Part shown: positions 13,801-23,272 of the stretch, piece after piece
Layout: the number at the start of each line of letters is the position of its first letter
Numbering within the stretch: the first letter of the stretch is position 1
NCBI GenBank assembly: GCA_023231475.1
Contig: JALJEE010002622.1
Location: 62,001 to 87,812, forward strand
Direction: 5' to 3'
DNA from: Seison nebaliae
Taxonomy: Eukaryota
Length of the DNA: 25,812 nucleotides
Made by a program: the position numbers and the translations under genes
The notes under the pieces: generated by a model
The model's input: the letters and a program-made list of their open reading frames with translations, nothing else
Database searches by the model: none
Told to the model about the DNA's origin: nothing

Positions 13801-14848
13801 AGGCGAGGGGGAAGGGAAGGAGAATTTCATTGGAGAAATGTTTCCAGTTGATGGAAAGAAAATATACGAAAGACCATATAAAACATTAATTTTCATTAAT
13901 TGCCAATACTTAACCAATTTAACAATGCTTCCTTGATTAGATTGAGTTGAATAAAAAAACCGGAAAGAAAAAGGCCAACCTTCATTTCGATTACTTTCCT
14001 TTCCCTGCTCACATATATTCGCTGTAAAAAGTAAAACATATATTCCTCTGACATTTCCCCATTCTTTCCACTCAATCTTATCCCTACAGTTAGTGCTCCT
14101 TATCATTACGAAGTTCATGAGGTACAGAAGTAGACTTCATAAAGTTTTGGTTTTCATTCATAAGAATGTGTATCTTCATCTCAACCTTATCTCACTTCGA
14201 TTGTAGTTAATGAAAATTCTTCTTTCTATCATATATCGATACATCTCTTCCACGACGCATGATGTTGCTTCAACCATACTATGGTTACCATACAGAGCAT
14301 CATCATCATCATCATCATCATCCGTTTTTCTCTAATACCATACTTGTAGTAGTGTTACGTGAATGTGAATGTGGTGAAGTGAAATGTGTTAAGTGAAGGT
14401 CCGCTCTCTACATATCGTTGCATTCCTAACAGTTTTTAGTCATAGTCATACTCACTCAAATACACAGTCAAAACGAGTTGAGTTAACGTATTCATTTCCT
14501 TCTTTTCCAATTCCAACTCCTTTTCTCTCCCCTCCTAATCCTCGTTTGAAACACGTCCCAATCCTCTTTTGACGTTGTACGTGTATGTGCTGGGGAGATG
14601 AAAGAAGGAAAGAAAGAAAATTTTCTTTTCTCATTTTCCCTTCATCCATCGTTTTACCAATGTATTGAACGATAACATGATTTATAATCTTGCCAATCTC
14701 CTCATCTATCGTCATCATCATCATCCGCGAGAATTGTTCAGAATTTAGTTGGGATGGACCTCATATCATGTATTGGTCCGAGATGAACGGACCAGAATTT
14801 TTTCGAATGACAAATTTCAAGATGTAAAGCTAGTTGTCTCCCTCATTC

Positions 14849-15716
14849 GAAACCCGGTGTTTTCGCCATCCTTTTTTTCCCACTCTCATTCGGACAGTTC
14901 GTCACCCTATAATGGACAGTTCGCCACCCTGCTTGTATAATTTCGGCGTTTTCGTCACCCTTTTATAGAAATTTCTATGTATTTTTGGCGTTTTCGCCGC
15001 CTTTATATAAAAATCAGAACTGCATTTTCCATAAATGGACAGTTCGTCACCTTTCTCGAAACAAAGTTTCACCTGTCTTTTGTCAATTATTGGTGAATAC
15101 GTTACCAGTTAATTATTGGTCTAATTATTTTATAACTTATAATTTAATAATATGTTGTTCTTTATAGGAAAAATTGTAAAGGAAAAATTTCATTGCTTTG
15201 GTTATAAATTATATTAAATAAATTATAAATTTATTTAATATAAAGACCCAAGAAGACCTAAGGCAAAACTAGAAAAGGACAAAAAATTGAAAGAGTTGCT
15301 CGATAATTTTAACGAAGAAAATGTTTTCCATCATCTTAATCAAATCGATCAAATTTTACATTTATAACTTTTCCATATAAAACAAAATATTATTTTATCT
15401 CTGTTAATCTATTTTTTATTATAAATATTGTTTCTTTCTTCTCCTTTTTTTCTTTTTCTTTTTGTACCTTTTATTACGAAAAAAATAAATAAATAAGACC
15501 ATCATACCAATAATTTACAAAACGATGGCGAAAATACCGAAATGCTATTGAAGAAGGGTGATGAACTGTCCATTTCTGGAAAATGCAGTTATGATTTGTA
15601 TATAAAGGTGGCGAAAACACCAAAAATACATAAGTAAAGTGACGAACTGTCCATTATTAGAGTGGCGAACTATCCGAATTAGAGTGGAAAAAAGGATGGC
15701 GAAAACACCGTGTACC
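14849..15716. mobile_element. ~870-bp internally deleted Mutator-like (MULE) DNA transposon
   Basis: Long imperfect TIRs (~14849-15093 vs ~15506-15716) built from repeated GGTGTTTTCGCCA / GGACAGTTCGTCAC motifs. Flanked by (C)CCTCATTC (14840/41-14848) and (C)CGTCATTC (15716/17-15724), an 8-9-bp TSD with one mismatch. AT-rich core contains a short coding-like remnant. Confidence 0.8.
15242..15367 (+). pseudogene. possible C-terminal remnant of a MULE transposase
   Basis: Hand translation KDPRRPKAKLEKDKKLKELLDNFNEENVFHHLNQIDQILHL*. No start codon; lies centrally between the TIRs. A basic patch followed by an amphipathic helix resembles animal MULE transposase C-termini (by eye, no search run). 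Confidence 0.45.
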
Positions 15717-16385
15717 CGTCATTCACCTCTCGCCCATTTGAGGGGGGAGTGTAGAGGGAGAGAATGAACGGTGTCATATATGAAATATTTGCTGGAAATG
15801 AGAGAGGTAACATTGCTTAATTTGTTCATAAAATACATAATATGCTTTCCCATTCCCAATAAAAATAAAATATTTAATCAACCCTATCATAGTCGTCATG
15901 ATAATGAGAATAATATATTATTATTATTATTGAGTAATGAGAAAATATTTTCTTATTTAAATTATCGATGTCCTTATAGAGAGATTATATCTCGATAGGT
16001 GAGAGAGAGGAGGAGAAATTAGGCTCTTCCTTTCCCTAATGTCTTGTCTCTTCAATTGATTTAATTAAATTATCCAATTTCCCAAAACTCAATTATTCTT
16101 TGACCATTTCTCATTTTAATGATCATCCATTGTCTTTTCTTTCATCAGATCTCCTCGAAATTTTCTAGATTAAACAAAAATCCATTTCACGTTATTGTTC
16201 GGTGAAACTGATCCTCAATTGGATGTGTTCATTTTGAAGAGACAAATTAGTCAAACTTGTTCGTCATAGAAGCAACTCGTCAACATCCGCCTCCAGATTG
16301 TCTGAAGTTTCCCAACGAACTTTCAACCAACGATTCCATAACCGCAATTCCATAAAATAAAACTAATTTTCACTCCACAAAACAG

Positions 16386-18541
16386 ATGATGTCTACAAGT
16401 TCATAATTTTCTTTGAAAATTCGAAGAAATTTCAAAAATTTAAATTTCCCATTTTAGAAAATGATAATTATCCGTCAACGTATGGTGATGTGAAAGAGCA
16501 GCATAAAAACAGGAAGACGAAACGGTTAATAATGCACGACGAATTCTATGAGGATTTGACGAACACTTCGAAAATGATGAAGGAGGAAAAGAAGAAAATT
16601 TCGAAAATTGTCCCGATGAAAATTAAAGTGTCGCCCGACTCATCGCCCCAATGGAAGATAGCGGCCAAAGTCTACAACTCGTTAAGGGAGTCGTCATCAT
16701 TGATGAAGATGGGAGATTTGGATCTCGAGAGCGAATTGGAAGAATTGTCGAATAAACGTTTCAACGATAATCCACGTATACCGGTACCGTTCGATGAATA
16801 TTCCGATAGTGAAAATGAATTTAATTATTCCGAACAACAACAACAACGACCAATCAAACATCAATTGGATATGAACGGAAATGTCGATAGTCTTTACGAT
16901 TCGAATGATCAACAACAAATCATCGATGATGATGAGATGGAGATGGAGGAAGGGAAGAGAAGAAGACAACGACAACGACGACGTCATCACAAGAATTATA
17001 ATGACGATGCTCATCGACAAGACCATTATTTATTCCATCGACAATTCCATCAAATTGACGATGATGATGACGATGATGATGATGATGATGATGATGATGA
17101 CGACGAAAGTTTATATTATGGAGCAGAGGAAGAGAATTTAATGAATTATATGAATTATCATAACAATCTTCAACGGGCGGAGAGTGAGAAGGAGAATAAT
17201 AATTTCCTGATAAACGGTGAATTGAATTTCGGAGAGAATGATTTCGGGGGGAGAGAATTCGACAGTGAACATGACGATTTTCTGTGGGGAGATCTGTGTC
17301 TGTTGGATAAATTCCGTTGTCAAGCTGAAACGATCCAACGAAGCGAATGTAATCTTGCCAACTACATTCCAGTCATCAACGACGACGACGAACGTAAATG
17401 GATCTTTTATTGTGACAGGTATGGTGAATTGCAAGTCTGTTCTAAGAACGACGCAAAAATCTTATTTGGAACACAGAAAGAAGATAAATGTGAAGAGAAA
17501 AAAGAAAATTCAAATGACATGACAATCTCATCAGAAAAGAAAAAAACATCTGGAGAAAGAACAAAAATCGACTCAACATCTCAACCATTCGACACGAAAT
17601 TTCAAGAGACTAACAACAACAAAATGGAAGAGAAGGACAACTCGGAAGAGAATGAAGAGAATTCGTTAAACGAATTCATCATCGACGATATCGATAATGT
17701 TCGGACGGAAGCGATCGAGAATTATCTCATGAAAATATTTAATTCATTCGGGAAGAATTCTCGAAGGAAAATTTTGAAAAAAAAAGACAATTTTCAAGAG
17801 CAAGATCAAATGAATTTGAATGTACCACCGGAATTAGTGAAAAATCTCTCTTACTCACTCTCTTGTTTCGCTCGGGAATTGTCTGAACAAATTCTTTATC
17901 AACATGAAATCTACAAAATAAATCTCCTCCTTCGACGTCGTCGACGAGAGAGTTCTCGAGGTCGCAATTTCTTCTCATCCAAAACCATCTCATATGGTCA
18001 AATGATGAATGGTCGAGATTACATGAAATTAGGCGCCATCCATTTCCATCGAAATCATCAAACCGATACGGAAGTCGATGAAAAGAAGAAGAAGAAGAAG
18101 AAGAAAACTGATAAGGAATTTCCTGCCAAGGAATTGTCGATCGTTCTGTTTGAAAAACAGAATGACGGTCAATGTCGTGCAACATCTCCATTTCTTTCCA
18201 ATCAGAATCATAATTCATCCACTACCACTACTATTGGAGATAAGACCGAATCGAAATTAACAGGAAAACGTCAATCGACAAAAAACAACAACAGTTCAAA
18301 TAGTACGAGTAAAACCGTTCATTATTTACCAAAATTAAATAGAAATCGTATTAATCGATTAAATTATAGTCATCGGAATAGTTTCAACCAACCGCCACAA
18401 CAACAACAACAACAACAACAGCAAGCTACACAGCAGAAATATTTGAAACGTGTTAAAGAGGAGAAGTATCTTGACAATCGTTATTATATCTACGAATTGA
18501 GTGATGACGACGAAGAATTTCATTTATTACATATCGATTAG
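16386..18541 (+). CDS. uncharacterised low-complexity protein (~698 aa); proposed exons 16386-16398 and 16458-18541
   Basis: A 2-kb stop-free frame in very AT-rich DNA is unlikely by chance. The track's GTG start (16490) is not a normal eukaryotic start. An acceptor CCCATTTTAG ends at 16457, and removing a 59-nt intron (16399-16457, GTTCAT...TAG) joins ATG ATG TCT ACA A in frame (MMSTKNDNYPSTYGDVKEQ...). Contains Asp16, poly-Lys, poly-Gln and Arg runs. No recognisable domain. The 5' end is uncertain: 16386 is itself preceded by CTAAT...CAG, so further upstream exons are possible. Confidence 0.75.
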
Positions 18542-18560
18542 TTCTAGTCTTCCACATACC

Positions 18561-18563
<3 letters not shown>

Positions 18564-18592
<29 letters not shown>
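18564..18592. repeat. (CA)n microsatellite in putative 3' UTR
   Basis: About 14 perfect AC units 22 bp after the stop codon. Confidence 0.9.
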
Positions 18593-18598
<6 letters not shown>

Positions 18599-20148
18599 GA
18601 TACATAATCAAACCAACACAATTACACACACTCTCACATACACACTGAAGTACGCATAAACTATTTAGTGCACGATTACACACAAAAAAATGCACAATCT
18701 CACACAATACGCCCACATAAGATAAAACTCGAGAAAATTTCGAGACAAAACAGTTAATCATTTTTTATCCGTTCAACAACACAACAACAACAACAACAGC
18801 ATTGTCACCAAATTTCAATTTATTACTTTCAATTTTTATTAAGAAACTAATTGTTCTAGTCGTTCGAATGAAAAAAAATTATTTAGTTTCCTCATTTAAA
18901 AAAAAATCTAATTTTCTTCAACTATTTTTCATTTATGAATTGAGATTCCTACTCTCTCCTCTCCCCACATTTCTTCATTGACGAATGTCTCATTTCATTA
19001 TTATCTATTCATTTCTTCGCTCCTTTTTAATTGTTATCGTATCTCAAACAAAAACAAACAAAATAATAATCAATAAATTCATCTCTTCATTCTCCACCAT
19101 TCGACACGACGAAATAATTTTTCCCAACAAAAACTTCTTTCCCTTTTTTTTTCAACAAAACAAACCATTTTTTTTTTTGAATAGTGATTTTTAATTTCCA
19201 AACAGAATTCTCTTCTTTTTCAACACAATCAGTCTAAATAATTTTGTTTTCAACATATTATCAATTCGTCTCTCTTTCTCCCTCACTTTTCCATGTTTTT
19301 CCCCGTACCAGAAAAAAAAAAGAATTATGAACATTCTCCATCTTATTCGACTTTTCTCCACCAAATTTCCCAAAACAAAACATTCTCATCTTATCGACAT
19401 GTGAACTAATTTTTCCTCCTGACTTTATTCCATTCTCGACAAAATTATTATTTATTCGACAAAAAAAAAGCATTCACATGAATTAAAAGAAAAATATTTT
19501 CTTCAACATTTTATTGTGATTTCATTCTCGAATTCCATTCTTTAACCAACCTTTTTTTTTAGTTCATTCAATAATTATTTTCAATTCATTTTTTTTAACG
19601 ATATACTCGACGAGAATTGGTTTGATTCCATCGACATATCTTCCATCGAGCACCTCCTTTATTTTTTTAGCGTCAGCGACAAAAGAACTTTTCCTCTTTT
19701 CTGATTATTTCTTATTTTACTTGTAGATAGTCCAATTTCGTACATGTATGCAGTAAACTAATTAAAATTTAATTACAGTATTTCTTTTCTCTCAATTCTA
19801 TTCTCCACCACCACCACCACCACCCCTAACAAAAAAAAACATATTCATTTGAACACTTTCATTTTATTTGTTAATAAGCTAATCCGATTTCTATTCAATA
19901 TTCTTCTACTACTACTATTACTACTACTATTACTCCTTTTCTTTCAATTCCATTTCAAAAGTTCGGAAAGAAAACAATCATTTCTCTTATTACACAAGAA
20001 CAGAAAATTACAAATTAAACTTTTTCATTATCTCCGTTTTTTTTTGAAGAAAATTAAGAAATAAAAATATTCTACATTTGTTATCATCACTTCTTCTTCT
20101 CTTTGCCATTATGAGAAAAAATATGGCGGAATAATTTTTAAGATAAAG

Positions 20149-20426
20149 AAAAATTTAAAAATTTATTTTGAAAAATTTTAAAATTTATTTTGAAAAATTT
20201 AAAAATTTATTTTGAGAAATTTAAAAATTTAGGTTGAAAAATTTAAAACTTTATTTGGAGAAATTTAAAACTTTATTTGGAGAAATTTAAAAATTTAGTT
20301 TGAAAAATTTAAAAATTTAGTTTGAAAAATCTAAAAATTTATTTTGACAAATTTAAAAATTTAGTTTGAAAAATTTAAAAATTTGTTTTGAGAAATTTAA
20401 AAATTTAGTTTGAAAAATTTAAAATT
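20149..20426. repeat. 22-bp unit AT-rich minisatellite, ~12.5 copies
   Basis: Consensus AAAAATTTAAAAATTTA(T/G)TTTG; 12 full units in exact 22-bp register at 20149-20412 plus a partial unit; ends ~11 bp from the RFC2 stop codon. Confidence 0.95.
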
Positions 20427-20437
20427 GTCATTCAATT

Positions 20438-21747
20438 TTATTTGGAGATTTTACTCAATCGACATAAGAATGCTCGAAGTTGGAGTGGGGTGATATGGCC
20501 CTGAGCGTTCGCAACCTGAACCTCCGCCAATTGTTCGATGTATTTGAGATGAATTAATTCGTCATATTTTTGCGGGCCATTCTCCTTGTCCTCCATAAAT
20601 CGACTGTCATCCATCCGATAGATGATTTTCGATAATTGAATAAGAATATCTGAGGGGGAATATCCGTCTTTGAGTAATTCCTCCGTTTCGAGAAGTGCCT
20701 GATGAATGTTTGTGGAAGATTGACGAAGAATTCGTTTTAATAATATCGGATGAGCTTCATCACATACTTTATAGACGTTCGTTGCTGTCACAACTCCAAA
20801 TCCGAAGTATGTCGATTGGAGATTGTTGATCGCTTGTCTCATGTCACCTTCGGATGATTGAATGATGGCGTTCAATCCTTCGACGGAACAAGAAACATTT
20901 TCAGCTTTCATGATCTCCTTTAATCGATTGATCATTTCCATTTCTTCCAATCGTCGAAATCGAATGAAAACACATCGAGATTGGATAGCTTCTAGAAAAG
21001 TAGGATAATCAAATGAAGAAATAAGAAAAATAATTGGAACCGATAATCTTACTCGATGTATTGGCAGCTAATGCAAATCTGGTAGTGGAACTGTTCATTT
21101 CCATAATGCGACGTAACGCTTGTTGTGCAGCTTCTGTCATACTATCAGCTTCATCTAAAATGATGATTTTATGACATGTTTCTGGTAATTTCATTAATCT
21201 GGTAGCGAACGATTTTATCCGATTTCTCACCACATCAATTCCACTAAATTCAAATTAAAACAAATTAAATTTTCAATTAAAAATTTTTTTTTATTATTAA
21301 AAAATTGAATTAAAATATTATTATTTTATTAATTAAAAGAAATAACCGTTCATTTGATGCATTCAATTCGAGAACAGCTTGCGGATAATATTCCTTCAAT
21401 AATTCTCTAGCTAGACAATGAATGGAGGTGGTCTTTCCCACACCGGGTGGTCCCTGAAAAAAAGAGAAATTGATAACGGTAACGGAATGAAAAAAGAATG
21501 AGAACAGCCAATAGAATATTTGGGATATTTCCATTTTGTGCGAAAATCTATTAGTTCCCTGTGAACTCATCAGAAAAGGAAGGGAGAACAAAGAAAACTT
21601 TAAATCGATCGATAATTTCTTTATGTCCTAAAATGTCATTAATTTGAATCGGTCGATATTTCTCAATCCTTTCAAAATTCCATAAAATTAATTTGAATTA
21701 ATTTATTGAAAAAGAAGAAAAAAAACGAACCAGGGAACTGATTCCAT
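20438..21747 (-). CDS. RFC2: replication factor C subunit 2 (p40; yeast Rfc4 orthologue), 6 exons, 330 aa
   Basis: Exons (minus strand) 21747-21731, 21668-21599, 21547-21506, 21453-21347, 21243-21041, 20991-20438 total 993 nt in one frame. Translation: MESVPWIEKYRP (RFC box II)...[23 protein letters not shown] (Walker A)...[19 protein letters not shown]...[20 protein letters not shown] (Walker B)...IQSRC (SRC motif)...[11 protein letters not shown]. All introns are GT-AG, 49-103 nt. Confidence 0.95.
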
Positions 21748-21819
21748 TTGGTGAGAAGAATTTGGGGAATAATCTAAAATTTAGATGGAGAAAAAGAAAT
21801 CTGTTAAGAAATGGAGATA

Positions 21820-21836
21820 TTTGAAAGACCGCGAAT
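21820..21836 (-). promoter_or_regulatory. possible E2F-like site with adjacent CHR-like element upstream of RFC2
   Basis: Minus strand ATTCGCGG-TCT-TTCAAA, ~75-90 bp upstream of the RFC2 ATG. TTCGCGG resembles an E2F site and TTCAAA matches the LIN54/CHR TTYRAA consensus. RFC genes are known E2F/DREAM targets, but the motif is short. Confidence 0.3.
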
Positions 21837-22163
21837 AATTATCGTGTTGAGATAAACTAAATTTTTGAATATGATAAATTTATTTAAACAATTTCTCACT
21901 AATAAAAGAGATGAATGAGTGAGTGAATGAGGAGTAATAAAATGAAATGACAATAGTAGAAAAAGAGATAAAAATGTTTTTCTTTATTACACGAAATGAA
22001 AAAGAAGTATTTTCTCATTAAATATTCTACTTAACCTCGAATCGGATTGATGAATAAAAATTTCTTCTTCTAATATTTTTTGGGAGAGGCGATGAGAGTG
22101 CGTTTGGAGAGAGTGTTGGTGAGGACACTTGTATTATCGAAATCTGTGAAATTGGATGACAGT

Positions 22164-23018
22164 TCAGAAAATAAAGTGTTCAGAATGAGAATAACTTTGA
22201 TTTCTTTTCGAGTAGTTTGGTAGATGTGCGCGAAATTCCTCCAACGAGATATCGAAGGGTGGATGAAATAATTTCGATGATTTCCCAATTTCGATTTGTA
22301 GTGATGGTAATTGTAGGGTGGTTGTGTGATCGGACGGTACGACCATTTCTTTCCATCCCCCATTATTTGACGATAAATTATTATTATTATTATTATTATT
22401 ATTGATTAATGTGGTGGTTGTGGGTGGTGGTGGCTGATTGTTAATCGGCGTAAATGATGTTGGAAGAATAAATAATTTCTGATTTGGTTGATCTTGTGAT
22501 TTGTACATTAATGTCGTTGACGTGCTAATATTATTTGGTTGTGTGATAATATTATTATATTTGGATATGAGAGGGATCGTAGTGACAGCGGGTGGTGGTG
22601 GAACTGGTATATCCGCCAAAGGAACATTAGGAAATGGTGCTGATATTGATGGAATTGGAATATCGTCATTATTCGATGATGATTCCGTCACCGACATCAA
22701 TTGTCGTTTGGCTTGATATAATCCTTCTAATTCAGCATTATGTGCTAATAAATCAGCGTCCGGTATTCCGTTCATACCAAAGATCTCTAACGAAATGTCG
22801 TCTCGACCTCGTGTGGCATTTGGCACGCGCTCAATCTTCTCTTTGTGCACCTGAATACAATGGATCTGCAATCCGGGACCTGTATACAATTTTTTATTGC
22901 AGAAAGCACACTTGAAATGACGCGCCTTCTGATGTTGAGTTAAGATTTTCGTATCGTCAAATTCTCGATTACAATACCAGCACCATGGTTTGGGTTCTCG
23001 ACGTTTCTTCCTTCCCAT
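22164..23018 (-). CDS. ZNF207: BUB3-interacting and GLEBS motif-containing zinc finger protein (ZNF207/BuGZ), single exon, 284 aa
   Basis: Diagnostic N-terminus MGRKKRREPKPWCWYCNREFDDTKILTQHQKARHFKCAFCNKKLYTGPGLQIHCIQVHKE...VPNA...IFGMNGIP (two C2H2 fingers), a low-complexity middle, and a C-terminal GLEBS-like LFHPPFDISLEEFRAHLPNY. Confidence 0.95.
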   Translation of the reverse strand: MGRKKRREPKPWCWYCNREFDDTKILTQHQKARHFKCAFCNKKLYTGPGLQIHCIQVHKEKIERVPNATRGRDDISLEIFGMNGIPDADLLAHNAELEGLYQAKRQLMSVTESSSNNDDIPIPSISAPFPNVPLADIPVPPPPAVTTIPLISKYNNIITQPNNISTSTTLMYKSQDQPNQKLFILPTSFTPINNQPPPPTTTTLINNNNNNNNNLSSNNGGWKEMVVPSDHTTTLQLPSLQIEIGKSSKLFHPPFDISLEEFRAHLPNYSKRNQSYSHSEHFIF

Positions 23019-23272
23019 TATGCCAATTTGAATTTTTCAATCAATTCATCAAATAAATAAATAAATAATCTTCTTCCCGAATTTTGAGTGAGGAGCTTAA
23101 GATTTGAATATGAAATTCATTTTCTATTTTCCCCTATCTCTCTCTCTCTCTCTCTCTCCTTCATTCGTTCATTGGTTAATGGAAATTCAATAAATGTTTT
23201 GTTGGGAAAAATTGAGAGAGTTGTTTTTTATTTTACATTTTCTAAAAAAGATGAAAAGACAAAAAAATTGAG

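Noticed and set aside
14000..14026. FPCSHIFAV peptide resembling the end of a SWIM zinc finger of MULE transposases
   Set aside because: The upstream CxC is missing, an in-frame stop lies at 13952, and there are no TIRs; most likely chance. A tBLASTn of 13900-14200 would settle it.
198..16000. Dozens of 60-127 aa ORFs in the supplied track
   Set aside because: Many begin at TTG/GTG, are F/L/S/I-rich or microsatellite-derived, show no motifs and cannot be linked into a spliced gene; expected by chance in AT-rich DNA. Small real exons cannot be excluded.
16697..18761. Overlapping alternative-frame and antisense ORFs on the 698-aa gene
   Set aside because: Shadows of trinucleotide-repeat-rich coding sequence (poly-Met, poly-Ser, VCVC).
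21310..21591. 93-aa, 74-aa (21009-21233) and 170-aa (20438-20950) ORFs as separate genes
   Set aside because: They are RFC2 exons read through into intron sequence.
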